A stretch of 62,820 bases of DNA, filler included, from Chrysochromulina tobinii (lineage: Eukaryota): NCBI GenBank assembly GCA_001275005.1. It is 7 parts of 7 records of this genome, joined end to end, with 100 filler letters (N's around TTAATTAATTAA, not from the genome) between each part and the next. Parts side by side here need not be neighbours in the genome. Positions count along the whole stretch, not along the records: positions 1 to 23,697 come from JWZX01000127.1; 6 more parts are not named here. One strand, written 5' to 3'. This document shows positions 1-11,612 of this stretch, in pieces. The notes under the pieces were generated by a model that did no database searches, was not told the DNA's origin, and saw only the letters and a program-made list of their open reading frames with translations. Made by a program: the position numbers and the translations under genes. How positions within the stretch are numbered: position 1 is the stretch's first letter; the number at the start of each line of letters is the position of its first letter.

Positions 1-358
1 GATCAGGATCGACGAATATGGACGGCATAGGGCGCGCTGAAGCCGCCCGCTTCGAGCGGGACAGCAGGTGCTTCGAGCGGGACACCAAGTGCTTCGAGCG
101 GGACACCAACAGGGCGCACGCGCTGTTTCGGTCACGACGCTAAAATTCCCACACTTCCATCCTCGCGGTTCGGGTGCGCGACCTGATCTCAGCTTCACTC
201 AAAAGTGCGCTTGAGTTTGCTGATGAATGGGAAAATGCCGAAACAGATTCGTAGGAGTTTTTGTTCGCCTCCCAAAACGAACATCCCCCGCGGGCCTCCG
301 CAGCTCGGCGCTGCTAGCGCCGCCAGCCTTCTTTGGGGACCACGTATCGCGTGTGTGC

Positions 359-1762
359 ATGGGGGCGCAGTATTCCCATCTGCGTGCGGAAAACGCCGCG
401 CTGAAGGAAGAAGTCCGTATGCTCAAGCTGCAGCTTCTCGAGGCGCAACGTGCACACTATGCAGCCGTCCCTGAATTTTCCGGCTTCGGGCGGCCAACAC
501 ACGCTCAGATCAAAAGGGAGAGGCAAATGAGCCTGGGCCATCTTCCGATCCTTCAGCGAGCTGAGAAAATCACGGAAGGCGTGCTGTCCCTAGCTTCAGC
601 CTTCGACCGCTTCGATACAGACAAGGGGGGGGGCATCGATGTCAAGGAGCTCAAAGCTGCGCTCGAGTTCCTCGGGGTACCTGTCTCAAGCACCCAGGCG
701 ACCAAAATTCTCCAGCAATACGACAACTACCCTGATAACTCGATCGACGTCAAGGAGTTTGCAACCATCGTGCGCGATATCAAGCTGCTCGTCGAATTTG
801 ATGAGAACGAGGACGGTGTTTTGGATGCGAAAGAACTGCTGAGCGCTCTCGAGTCGCTCGGGCTGCGCATCAACCTGGAGCAGGTGGAGCGAATCCTCAA
901 GCGCTTCGACGTCGACGACTCAGGTACCATTGACCTGGCCGAGCTCGGCGCGATTGTGACCACGGTGAAGACCTTCCAGCGCTACGACACCGACTCGTCG
1001 GGCAGCATTGACATGGAGGAGCTGCGCAATGCGCTGCGCAAGCTTGGACTGCGTGCGGGGGCGCTCGAGGCGGGCAACATCTTGCGCCGGTACGACGCGG
1101 ACGAGAGCGGCACGATTGATCTGTGCGAGTTCGCCGTGCTCGTGCGCGACCTGCAGCTATACGCAGAGTTCGACGGCGACTGCAACGGCACGATCGACGC
1201 TCAGGAGCTCTACGAGGCGTTCGGCAAGCTTGGCCTCAAGTTTTCACAGGAGGAAGTGTCGAAGGTGATGCACGCATGGGATCCGAACTGCGTCGAACAG
1301 AGGGGTGGCCTCGATATGCCCAGCTTCACCACACTCATCGGGGCCGTGCGCATCTTCAACAACGTCGATCGCGACGGCGACGGCAAGATTGACGGCGCTG
1401 CTGCGCGCGAGGCGATGCGCGAGCTCGGTGTGGAGGCAGGGGGCGTATCGCGCTCGTTCAAAAAGTTGGAGGAGAGCCGCAGCGGCACAAGCGTGATCAC
1501 GCTGCCTGCCTTCGCGGCCCTCGTCCACGATGCGACCGACGGGGTGATGGGGGCGAATCTAAGCTCAGGACTCGATGGCATAAAATTAGACAAAGCGCCG
1601 GAGTCTTCCTTTAACGCCAAGCCCAAGCTGACTGGATCGGGCGTCGAGGAGCAGGATGAGCGCGAGTACCGACAGGGCACCCGGTCAGTGCTCGCCCAAG
1701 CTGGCCCCTCAGGGTCTCGCGCATCGCCTCAGCCTCCTGGCTCTTCGAAACTCACCGCGTAA
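359..1762 (+). CDS. Multi-EF-hand calcium-binding (calmodulin-like) protein
   Basis: Repeated DxDxxGxID EF-hand loops (FDTDKGGGIDVKE, FDVDDSGTIDLAE, YDTDSSGSIDMEE, YDADESGTIDLCE, VDRDGDGKID). ORF is open from 227; ATG 359 chosen as the likely start. Confidence 0.9.
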   Translation: MGAQYSHLRAENAALKEEVRMLKLQLLEAQRAHYAAVPEFSGFGRPTHAQIKRERQMSLGHLPILQRAEKITEGVLSLASAFDRFDTDKGGGIDVKELKAALEFLGVPVSSTQATKILQQYDNYPDNSIDVKEFATIVRDIKLLVEFDENEDGVLDAKELLSALESLGLRINLEQVERILKRFDVDDSGTIDLAELGAIVTTVKTFQRYDTDSSGSIDMEELRNALRKLGLRAGALEAGNILRRYDADESGTIDLCEFAVLVRDLQLYAEFDGDCNGTIDAQELYEAFGKLGLKFSQEEVSKVMHAWDPNCVEQRGGLDMPSFTTLIGAVRIFNNVDRDGDGKIDGAAAREAMRELGVEAGGVSRSFKKLEESRSGTSVITLPAFAALVHDATDGVMGANLSSGLDGIKLDKAPESSFNAKPKLTGSGVEEQDEREYRQGTRSVLAQAGPSGSRASPQPPGSSKLTA

Positions 1763-2226
1763 GCCTACATGTATGCACAATGTCGATGGCGCTTAGTTTC
1801 CGCGTCGTCTGCATCTCCTGATTCTCAGGGGACTTCCCTTCGAGCGCGCGACGCAATCGAACGACGGCATCGGCTACTTTCTGACAGGCCTCTTCAGCCC
1901 GGACTCGCAGAAGGCGCAATCGAGTTCCACTCCCCAAACAAGAACACGATTGCGGACAATCTAACTGTGTAAGCCTGAGGGGGGCTGGCCGAGACTGCGT
2001 GAGCGCAAGAGCTGTGTGAGTTCATCGTGCGTTGTCTTTGGCCGGAAAGCGGAAACGTCGTCCTCCAGATACATAGTACCAATAGTACCAATGTACCATA
2101 CTACCTATTACCCCGTGGAGGGCTGAGTTCCTTTTTGCCGAATTTCCCACACGACACAGACCAATTTCCGAGCCCAACGGTACGGAGCGCCGCCGTCACC
2201 GTCGTCGAATCGGACCACCCTCCACC

Positions 2227-2844
2227 ATGGATCAGCAGGCCATGATCGACATGGCGCTGGCTCAGACGCTGCTCTCCGTCGAGGCGGCCGTTGACCAGGA
2301 GCTCGAGAAGGCCAGCAACCTCGACGAGGATGACTATGCGCGCATCCGCGCAAAGCGATTTGCGGAGATGAAAAAGAAGCAGGAGCAGGCGCAGATGAAT
2401 CGCCACAACGGCCACGGTTCCCTCACCAAGATCGTCGACCAGCAGGAGTTCTTCGCCGCGGCAAAGAACAGCGAGCGCCTCATCTGCATCTTCAACCGCA
2501 ACTCCAACAAGTGGGGCAAGAATATGATCGATCACTGCGAGCTGCTGGCACAGAGGCACCTCGAGGCCCGCTTTGTTTGGGTGGACGCCGAGAACGCGCC
2601 GTTCCTCACGGACCGGCTCAACATTTACATGCTGCCGACGATCGTGTGCGTCAAGGACAACAAGGTGCACAAACAGCACAACGGACTGGACGAGATCGAC
2701 GGGTCGGGCAAGTACACCTCTGGCATGCTCGAGCACCTGCTGCACATTGACGATATGCTCGACGAGTCGCCTTTGTACGATAAGGAGATTCAGGAGGAGG
2801 AGGAGTTCGATATCGACGAGGAGGATGCAGAGGAGGAGAAGTGA
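2227..2844 (+). CDS. TXNDC9: Phosducin-like / thioredoxin domain-containing protein 9 (PhLP3 family)
   Basis: N-terminal helix RAKRFAEMKK, GHGSLTKI, thioredoxin fold LAQRHLEARFVWVDAENAPFLTDRLNIYMLPTI, acidic tail. Confidence 0.85.
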   Translation: MDQQAMIDMALAQTLLSVEAAVDQELEKASNLDEDDYARIRAKRFAEMKKKQEQAQMNRHNGHGSLTKIVDQQEFFAAAKNSERLICIFNRNSNKWGKNMIDHCELLAQRHLEARFVWVDAENAPFLTDRLNIYMLPTIVCVKDNKVHKQHNGLDEIDGSGKYTSGMLEHLLHIDDMLDESPLYDKEIQEEEEFDIDEEDAEEEK

Positions 2845-3370
2845 GCAGAGCCGCTCTGCAGTGTGGACCGTGTTAGGACTTTTTCGTACGCTGTGGTGGA
2901 CGGCAGCGCCGTCTCGGGACCACTGTCTGGTCCCACAGTGTGCGAATGGCATGTATAACACTGGCTTATAAGTGGTTCGTCGGTACTCAAAGTGATCACA
3001 TGGGGTCAATGCACCCTGAGATAGCGCCAAGTGGGAGGAAGAATCATGCGCAGATCGCACGATTATGCGGATTAACGACGACGAGCCGCCGCACAGCGAG
3101 AAATAGCCTCCCAATGAATTATTTTTCTCGGTTTCACGTGCACGCCGGATCGAGGATGGTGGATGCAGGCGCACAGACCTGCACATGGTCGCCTGTGCCA
3201 CGGCCTGTGCACCGCGACCGCGACCCGGGACCCGAGAGCCGAGACGCAAGACAGTTCTCCCTCTCGGCTCGATGGGGGACGCTTGCGTCGAGCCGTACTC
3301 GAGCCGTGGCGCGTGAAGCCGCAGGTCCGAAGTGGCGGCGCCGGCGTGGTTGCTGTGCTTGTGGCGCTTT

Positions 3371-4270
3371 TCAGCCCCTAGAGGGCCGCTCCAGGTCAGT
3401 TCGCTTCCGCCGCCACCGCTCGTATAAGGGCTGCGCAGTCTCGATGCTGAAAGGGAAGACAAACATAGAGCCAGCGAGCGAGGTTGTGCGTAGCAGCAGG
3501 CCTCCGTAGAAGCCGCGCGGCCCAGACTTGGCCAGAATGTGTTGGCACGCGACGCCAAAAGAGACGGCGTGCGCCTGCTGATGTGCAGCAATCACGCTGG
3601 GCGCTTGTGAAATGGGCCCCGCGATGGAAGCAGTGAGTGCCGCGGCTGCGATGTCACGTAGGATGCTGCTGCTGCTCCTGCCTCCACTGCCGCCGGCGCC
3701 GGCGCTGCTGCTGCTACTGCTGCTACTGCTGCCTGTAACAGTCGGAGGCCATGCTGAGTCAAGACGTGCGCGGATCCAACCGCTTAAGAAGAATAGGCAG
3801 CCCGCATAAGGCACCTCGCGGGCGGCGATCATCATGGCGCCGTAGGGTGCAACGAGCGCCACGATGCCGCTTGTGCGGAACGTGGTCCACGTCGTCTGTG
3901 TGATGGTCTGCTGTATTGCGTGTGAGCGAGTGATGACAGCCTCGATCTGTGCGCCCACCGTGAGCGCTCCGACGGCGCCAGCGACGCACGCCGAGGCGGC
4001 TTGCGCTGCGGTTGGATCGAGTTTGCCGTCTAAGGAACGCAGCACCACGGCCGTCGTCGCGTCCTGCACAACGATCATCGGCCCCATGGCAAACATCAGG
4101 CTGCCGCTGCCCTTGTAGACCTCGCCGAGCCGTGGCATGGTGAGCCCAGCAGAGACGCGCTTGGCAGAGATCCACATCGGGTAGTTTATGGCCATGTCGA
4201 TGCTCAGGCCGGCCAGAATGATGCCCGCACGCTCGACGATCGAGACACGCTCGCGCGAAGTGGCGTCCAT
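3371..4270 (-). CDS. Mitochondrial carrier family (SLC25-like) protein, divergent
   Basis: Tripartite hydrophobic pattern; NYPMWISAKRV, VYKG, AREVPY and GPRGFYGGLLLR resemble carrier signatures. Confidence 0.7.
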   Translation of the reverse strand: MDATSRERVSIVERAGIILAGLSIDMAINYPMWISAKRVSAGLTMPRLGEVYKGSGSLMFAMGPMIVVQDATTAVVLRSLDGKLDPTAAQAASACVAGAVGALTVGAQIEAVITRSHAIQQTITQTTWTTFRTSGIVALVAPYGAMMIAAREVPYAGCLFFLSGWIRARLDSAWPPTVTGSSSSSSSSSAGAGGSGGRSSSSILRDIAAAALTASIAGPISQAPSVIAAHQQAHAVSFGVACQHILAKSGPRGFYGGLLLRTTSLAGSMFVFPFSIETAQPLYERWRRKRTDLERPSRG

Positions 4271-4462
4271 CTTTGAAAAAAAGAAGCTTGGTGCGAACTG
4301 GGTGGCGAATTCATGGCCACTGGCCACCAAACATTGCGAGCGCGCGCGCGCGCGCCGTGCGTGCATTGCGCGAGGCGCGACGATGTAAATTGTTCCAAGA
4401 ATTCCGCAAGCGACCGACAGCACCTCTTTTTTGGAGAGGCAAAAGCCGTCCATACCCGTACG

Positions 4463-4978
4463 ATGGTCATTGACATCAGCTCCTCACGCCAAGCGCTGAA
4501 GGACGCGCTCGCGGCCTGCATCGGCGATGGTGAGGTGGTCAGCCGGGATGAGCTACTGAGGCTGCTCGCGCTCGGGCCGACTGCGCTCTCCGGAACAGCA
4601 GCAAATAGCTTCGCCGACACACTGTTTGCGGCCCGCCCGGAGGGTGGTGTTTCTGTCGAAGCACTCGTCAGCCACGTAGAGCATCTCAATAATCCTCCGC
4701 CGCCGACAAACTCTCAGCTGCTCAAGCTACTATCCAGCTTCTCTGATGACGCGGACGATGGGCTGCTGCCGCTCGAGAAGGCGGTTGAGGTGCTCAAGCT
4801 CTTCCGCCCTGCCGCGCTCGCCGGCACCCCGCTGCCTCCCAATCTAGTCGCCGCCCTCGAGGCGAAGTCCACAATGCTTGTCGAACCTCCAATCTTCTTC
4901 ATGCCCGAGGTGCGGCGCAACGTGATCAGCCGCCATCACATCGTCGAAGTGTTGAAGGCGGCTGGCAGCGCCAGTTAA
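4463..4978 (+). CDS. Hypothetical protein, possible degenerate EF-hands
   Basis: Clean ORF with coding-like codon use, divergent from the carrier gene; GDGEVVSRDEL and DDADDGLLPLE are EF-loop-like. Confidence 0.5.
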   Translation: MVIDISSSRQALKDALAACIGDGEVVSRDELLRLLALGPTALSGTAANSFADTLFAARPEGGVSVEALVSHVEHLNNPPPPTNSQLLKLLSSFSDDADDGLLPLEKAVEVLKLFRPAALAGTPLPPNLVAALEAKSTMLVEPPIFFMPEVRRNVISRHHIVEVLKAAGSAS

Positions 4979-5950
4979 TGAGCAACGTGACTTTACATGA
5001 CGTGGCAATCGATTCTTGAGCCCACGCCAACCTGAACTCGCCTTGGTGGGGCTCGCTTGAAAGGAGAATAGGAGACGAGAGAGACTCGATACTGGCTGCT
5101 AGACAATGAGACTGGCATGCTCGTGGCGCGGGCAGGCACACGTGGCTTTCGGTGACGCCCACTTTATTACCGCGTGGAGGAGACTCGCGCCATGGCGAGC
5201 GTCCGCGGCATTCTAAATATTCAATCCCTTATCGAGCTCTCGTCCGAGAATTTATTTTATATACGTGGATTGCACGCGCGTATCGACCACACGCGTCGTT
5301 CATTGGCGTCGTTCGTTTATCGTTACGCATGGCGGATTCGCATGCGGATACATCGTTAGGACGTTGGTAGCCGCCATGTTAGCCGCATGGGATTTTGTAG
5401 AGCGATTGCCATGATTGCAAAACTGAATGAACGTAATACGTTTGTCGTTTCGAACCCGGCGCGTAACGTTTCGCATCGACGTTCGCGGCTTCGCGCCGGC
5501 GCGCGCGGCGGCCGGGCTTAAATTGAAAATTCGCCACGCCGGATCTCGGAACCGAACCTTGTGAAGAAGTGTGCTGGAGACGCGAACGGGAACGCCGCAC
5601 ACATCCGGAAATGAGTTGTGCGTTTCATCGCACACGTCAGCTTCGGCTTCTTCGCACCGACGACGAGGAGCCGGCGGCTGGGACTCTTTACACCGGAGCT
5701 AGAACCGTAGCAGGCAGAGCGCACCATGGAGCCCGGTGGTCGGTGCACGGCCCGCAGTAAGAGCATGCACGAAGTCCTCCAGTGCGGTGCACTCTCTCTT
5801 TGTCTGCAGAGCGCCCCGCGCCCGGCCACCAGAGCAAGGCACGGTCCCCCGCATGCCGCAAAAGCTCATCAAGCGCCATCACGCGCCATCGGGCACTTTC
5901 TCGATCACTTCCGTCGGAGCTTGACTTGCTCTTCCTCCTCAAGAGGACGA

Positions 5951-7979
5951 TCAAGCACGCCGCCGGCGCTTCGCCCCCGCAGGCATCGGAGGCGGCGCAG
6001 GAGGTGGCGCGTCGTCCACTTCCTCTTCCTCTTCCTCGACCTCCTCGTCCTCCTCGTCCTCAGCGTCATCGTCGCCCTCGTCCTCGGGCTCGTCCTCGTC
6101 AAGGCCGCGGCTGTGGCCGTTAGCGCCAGCGATCGCGCCAGCACTCGCAGGCACGACGAGCGGGGTGGGTTCAGGTAAAGGCTCAGGGGTGGGCGGCGCG
6201 GCGGCTGCGAGCCCTCGAATCTCCGCTAGCGTGAACGCGAGCAGATGGGTCCCTTGGACGAGCCGATCTAGCCGCTCGAAATGGCGCTCCGTGTACGGGA
6301 GCAGTGCCTCGAGTAACGGCTGCAGCTTGGGCGTGGCGAGCAGTTGGGTCACAGGGCGCACTTTGAGCAGATTGTACACGAGCCGCTGCGCTGTGAGAGA
6401 GTGCTGCGCGGTCGTGTTCCAGTCACGTGCAAACTGGAGGCACGTGCCCGTGTCCGCATCGTCCATCGCCGCGAGCGCCTCGCGCAGCTTCATCTCACCG
6501 AGCGGCAGAGGCAGCAAACGCTCGAGAACGGTGCGCAGCGCGCGCGGGTGTCCAAGGCGAAGCGCAAGCTTGAGAGCTTCGTCAAACTGCTGCGCATGCA
6601 TCGCAATCTGGAGCTGCGACTCCTGCTGCAGCTGCAACTCGCGCGCGGCTACGGTCTCCTGCTGTGCCTCGAACGTGCAGTCCTTCCAGCGCACAAGAAG
6701 CGAGTCGGCGGAGCCGGACCAAAGCTCGACCCCGCCAGCCGCCGTCTCGAGCGCATCGAGGGCCCAAACTTTGTCCTCGTGTGCGTCAAGCGTGCAGGCG
6801 CATTCGGAGTTTTTCGCCGACCAGAGCTTGATGAGGCCGTCGGAGCCGGACGAGAGCAGCTGGAGCCCAGAGCTCAGCCAGAGGATGCGCAGCACCGAAG
6901 ACGAGTGACCCTCCAGGGTACGGAGGCAGCTAAAGTCGGACACAGACCAAATCTTGACGCTGGCATCGCCGCCGCCGCTCGCGACCGCCTTATCGACGGG
7001 TGAGAAGCTCACGCACCACACGGCGCGCTTGTGGCCCTTGAGCACGCCCACCTCCTTCAGAGCACCACCTTCCAGCGACCACACCTTGAGAGTACGGTCC
7101 TGCGACGCGCTCACGGCGAGGCGGTCGTTTGGTGCCATCGCGACCGCGTTGACCTCTTTTGTATGGCCGAGCACGGTGCTCATGGCGCGCGCGCGCACCA
7201 CCTCCAGCTCGGCGCCGCTGGTCGGGCCGGCTGGACCAGCTGGCCCCGCTGCTCCTGCCGCCGCCGCGCTCTTGCGACCGGCCGCCGTGCTCTTGCCGCC
7301 GGCCGCGCCGCCGGCCGCACCAACTCCCTTTGGGTAGACGGCGGAGAGATCCCAAATCTTGATGGTCTTGTCCTTGCTGGCTGTAAGGAGGGCAGCGCTG
7401 CGGCGCGCAAAGGCCAGCCCGCCGACCGCTTCGACGTGCCCGTCGCAAACAGCCACGCACGCGCCGCTCTCCACACCCCACACGCGCGCTGTGCAGTCCT
7501 TCGAAGACGAAGCTAGCAACGCGCCGTCAGCGCTCACGTCCAGCGCCAGCACGACGTCAGTGTGGCCAAATAGGAGGCGGCAGCCCATATCATGCGTGTC
7601 AAAGAGCTTCACCTGCGCCGCGTTCGTGGCGACGGCGATGCGCCCGTTTGCGGCGACAGCGGAGCCGTCAGCTGTGAGTGAATCGGATGCTGACGCCCCG
7701 GCATGCGCGGGCAAGCAACGAACGTACGTGATCTCGTCGTTGTTGCCCGCGATGCAGCGCGCGGGCGCGAGCGTCGCAATGCCGTGGAAGATCAAGTTGT
7801 GATCCGCCGTGGCCGCAAGCACAGTCGACGCACCCGCTGGCACAAGCCGCGTCAGACCGGGCCGCGCCTGCCGCGCCGAGCCCGCTGGCTGCTTACGCAA
7901 GAGCTTACCGGTACGAGCATCCCAGCAGCGAAGCAGGCCGCTCTCACCCGCCGTTACGAAGTGCAGCGGCGGCGGGCCT

Positions 7980-8012
<33 letters not shown>

Positions 8013-8770
8013 TTCGCCGCCGCCGGCAGCACCACCAGAGCCTCGAGAGGCTCGAGAACCGCGATCGAGGTCGTGAGGCTATACGTGGCAGCATTCCACA
8101 CGTTGACCAGCTGATCGCGGCCCGCGGTGAGAATCGTGGCGCCGTCGGCCGAAAAGGCGATCGCTGTGGGCAGTCCCACGTGCGACTTGAGCTCCGCCAC
8201 GCACGCGCGCGAGCGCAGGTCCCAGACGCGCACGCCGTTGTCGGCGCCGGATGTGTAGAGATGGAGGCGTGAAGCATCCGGGTGGAAGCGCACGAGGTGC
8301 ACGACGCCCGTGTGCCCCCGAAACACATGCGTGGCGATGCCCTTGGCCACATCAAAGACCATCGCGGTCGAGTCCGCCGAGCCCGAAGCGACGAAGCGGC
8401 CCGATGCGTCGTACGCCAGGTCCATCACGGGCATCTTGTGCGCCTTCCACACGCGCGTGAACTCGCACGTGGTCACGCCGACGTCGAGCACCCAGCTGCG
8501 CAGCTGACGGCTGCGCCCGGCGGTCACGAGCTCTGTCCCAGATGGCGCGAGCGCAAACGCGGTGAAGTCGTCCTCATCGCAAGGCACCACCAGGAGGAGA
8601 CGCCCGGTGGTGATGTCCACAACGTTCAGCTCGGGCCCGCACGCGCAAACGAAGAAGCCATGAGCACCGTCGACAGCCGACACGTGTGTGACCACCTTGC
8701 CGCCCGTGTAGATGCGCGTGTGCCGAGCGACCTCCTGAAACTTGGCTAGAAGCGTTGGCTGCGACGCCAT
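5951..8770 (-). CDS. UTP13: WD40-repeat SSU processome protein Utp13 / transducin beta-like 3
   Basis: Many GH...WD repeats; C-terminal Utp13 domain (WNTTAQHSLTAQ, LEALLPYTERHFERLDRLVQ). Confidence 0.92.
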
Positions 8771-8828
8771 GATCGTGTGGACGTCGGCACACAGCGACGT
8801 CGCCGCGTGAGCGTCGCTTCGTGAAGAA

Positions 8829-8893
8829 ACAAGTCAAGTCAAGTCAAGTTCAAGTTCAAGTTGATCTTTTGAAGTCAAGTCAAGTCAAGTCAA
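8829..8893. repeat. (CAAGT)n microsatellite upstream of UTP13
   Basis: Runs of aagtcaagtcaagtcaagttcaag. Confidence 0.85.
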
Positions 8894-8937
8894 ACTGAGC
8901 ACACCTTGAACAATGCTGTTCAAAACAACGCGCAGCC

Positions 8938-9213
8938 GAGATGCTGCTGTTCAACACGACGACGGCGAAAGGTGCTCGCGATCTTTTAGATGATCTTGAT
9001 CTTAAAAGCGAAGTACACTCATTGAGTACACTCCAGCGTCTCCGTAGCGTCTCCGCGGGAGATCCGAGCTCAGTCACCGCGTTTACTGCTGTACGTCAAC
9101 GACTTTCATCCGCATTCGGAATCGGCGTGAAGCAAAAGCCATATAGGCGGAGCAGCGGCGCTCGAGGCAGCACGTTTCGATGCTCACGCCCCCGCGGGCC
9201 GCAGTCGACATTC
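8938..9213 (+). repeat. Direct repeat copy 1 (~275 bp), matching 11337-11612
   Basis: Shared blocks gctgctgttcaacacgacg...aaaggtgctcgcg and gtacactccagcgtctccg...cgtcaacgactttcatccgcattcggaatcggcgtgaagcaaaagccata...gcagtcgacattcga. Confidence 0.9.
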
Positions 9214-9436
9214 GAAAAGAAGAAAAGTTTATTCGTGTGACACGCCGTCCGGTGTCTTGGGTGTCGTCAATTATAACCATTGGCTGTGATGCCGGTGTCT
9301 TGGTGTCGATTACAAACATTGGCTGTGCACCGAGCTATACGAGCTAGTGGTAACTGAAAAAAACATCATGTCGACGCAAGAGGGCGCCCGCTCTAGTGGC
9401 CTAGAGGGACGAGACGACTTAGCTCTACAGTCTACT

Positions 9437-11083
9437 CTAGTACTTCGCTAGAGTCTTCACGCACACACTTCTCGCATCAGTCGCATTACTTGTGTTCTGT
9501 AAGCACGACGGTCCCAAATGCCCAGGCTTGCCTTCTCTGTACCCAACAGCGCAACCTCGCCCGAACTCACCTATCATTGAAGAGACCATTGACACGTGCA
9601 TGGGTCTCAACAAAGCGAAGCACAAAGACCGGCAATCTAAGACTTCCAAATTCAGCCCGTCGATGCGCACGCGTGTTGTGTTGCGCTGGCTGCTTTTTAT
9701 TCGTTTGATATGCTTTACGTGAAGGAAGCAGTACTTGCTGAAGTCTCCAACCCCGTATCTGATATTGAAGCGAGTCGTACTCGTGATGGTCGCGCCAAGG
9801 CTCGGCAAATGCGCAGTGACGTGAGGAAACGGATCTGACCCCTTAGCCCAGCCACCAGGCAATTGAGTACACAGGCACGAGCCTGAGCACCAGACGTAGA
9901 AATCTCCTGCGGAGGGGCGCCAGCTTTGCTCGTATAGGAGAGATCCTCTGAGAACAGCGCAGGTCACTCCCGGAAGCATGGCAGAGACGTTGAAGGAGAG
10001 TGGCTTTAGGTAGTCATCTGCGGTGGTGGAGAGGTATCCATATTTGGAAGCCTGACCTGAGCCACCTTCGTTGACTAGGCTCCAGCCGTTGGTGTGCACA
10101 GTGGGCAAGGAGCGAGCGTCCTCGGTGCACCACTCTTTTCCATTCACTCTGGTTGTTGTATGCGGCAGTCTCGGCTGACGGGTGCCCAAATGCATTCTCG
10201 TGGACGAGCACATGGCATCCACAGTGTGGCGAGCCACTAGCCGGGCCACAGCCTGTGCGAGCACCTCGGACCCCAGGGTGTTTGGGTGGATGCGATCTCT
10301 CGCATAAAGCGATAGGTTTCCAACCAGGGGAAGCAGTGTGCCGGATAGCACGAGGTCGACGCCGAGATGTAAGGCCGACGTCTTTAGAGCCGTCTCGCAA
10401 GAACCTGCCCGACCTCGTGCCGAGCTGCTCAAAGAGCGCCACCCCACAACGACTATTGGAGCCCTGGGTGCAGCTCGTCGCACAGCGGCAACGATATCCT
10501 CGAGCTCTTCGCTGATTCGCTGCATGGAATCCGCCTGAAGCACCGGCTGAAACTCGAGCATGACGACGTCTGCTCTGGAGACGAAGCGGTCTGTACATGC
10601 CTTGAAGTATTCGGGTTTCACAGCTCGCCTAGCCCATATTTGCACGTTGAAACGCACGCTTGGGAAGCCGTCAAGCCAAGAGGCCAGTTGACTGCCCCAA
10701 GAGTGCTTGAAGCTGCACTCTGTTGGGTTGCTGTCTTCCGCCCCGCACCCTGCGCTGACTGAGCAGCCGAGGATTGCCACTCGAATGGCGCGCTCACCTT
10801 GTTTGGATATGGCATTTGTCCATTCCGAAGAGTCAACCACCATCTTGAGCGTTTGGTCGAGCTGTTCACTTCTCAAAATATTTGATGTGTAGTTGTGCAG
10901 CATGCTCGCCTGAATGAAGCTCAACTCTGAATTCGCAGTCCACACGCGTGTGTTCTGCGGCGATTCTTTAGCGTTTTGCATGCCCTGCCAAGCCTCGTCG
11001 ATGCCGACGCAGCGTGGTGTCGAACCGATGGCCAGCCGCAACGGCACGCCCGCCATCCCTAGGAAATGGAGAATCTTGGCCAT
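9437..11083 (-). CDS. SGNH/GDSL hydrolase-fold protein, intronless
   Basis: Block I VAILGCSVSAGCG and block V DRIHPNTLG (DxxH). ORF is open to 11281; start uncertain. Confidence 0.7.
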   Translation of the reverse strand: MAKILHFLGMAGVPLRLAIGSTPRCVGIDEAWQGMQNAKESPQNTRVWTANSELSFIQASMLHNYTSNILRSEQLDQTLKMVVDSSEWTNAISKQGERAIRVAILGCSVSAGCGAEDSNPTECSFKHSWGSQLASWLDGFPSVRFNVQIWARRAVKPEYFKACTDRFVSRADVVMLEFQPVLQADSMQRISEELEDIVAAVRRAAPRAPIVVVGWRSLSSSARGRAGSCETALKTSALHLGVDLVLSGTLLPLVGNLSLYARDRIHPNTLGSEVLAQAVARLVARHTVDAMCSSTRMHLGTRQPRLPHTTTRVNGKEWCTEDARSLPTVHTNGWSLVNEGGSGQASKYGYLSTTADDYLKPLSFNVSAMLPGVTCAVLRGSLLYEQSWRPSAGDFYVWCSGSCLCTQLPGGWAKGSDPFPHVTAHLPSLGATITSTTRFNIRYGVGDFSKYCFLHVKHIKRIKSSQRNTTRVRIDGLNLEVLDCRSLCFALLRPMHVSMVSSMIGEFGRGCAVGYREGKPGHLGPSCLQNTSNATDARSVCVKTLAKY

Positions 11084-11336
11084 GCTTTCGGAGTTATGGA
11101 AAGAACATGAAATTTGTTTTTTGCATGTGAACATGCAACTTATCAGGGGCTTTTTTCGGCCTACAGGCGTGTATGACGCGGAGAGGTTACACGGCCTAAC
11201 CATGATACACCATACATGTACCGGTACCTTAAAACGCTTTAAGAGGGCAACCATCGACGAGAATCGCTTCGCAACGTTCACAACATCCTAGCTTAAGTAG
11301 CTAGTGAGCTGTCAACGCGCAACCGTAGAACCGAAT

Positions 11337-11612
11337 GAGATGCTGCTGTTTAGCTGCTGTTCAACACGACGCCGGCGGAAAGGTGCTCGCGCGAACGCAA
11401 TTTTGCCGTATGCCGTAGAATTTTTTCTATAGTCGCTAAGTATCGTAAAGCGATGTACACTCCAGCGTCTCCGCGGGAGATCCGGGCTCACCGCGTTTAC
11501 CGCTGTACGTCAACGACTTTCATCCGCATTCGGAATCGGCGTGAAGCAAAAGCCATAGGCGGAGCAGCGGCGCTCGAGGCACGTTTCGATGCTCACGCCG
11601 CAGTCGACATTC
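11337..11612 (+). repeat. Direct repeat copy 2, overlapping the last codons and downstream flank of the EDEM-like gene
   Basis: Aligns to 8938-9213 with small indels. Confidence 0.9.

Noticed and set aside
50..110. Three ~21-nt repeats (GCTTCGAGCGGGACA...)
   Set aside because: Short tandem repeat at the window edge, with no context to assign a function.
2101..3591. 496-aa minus-strand ORF
   Set aside because: Antisense shadow of TXNDC9 in GC-rich DNA; no motifs.
9388..9442. CTCTAG..CTAGAG hairpin and CTAG as a possible Helitron end
   Set aside because: Short stem, atypical spacing and no matching 5' end or Rep/helicase.
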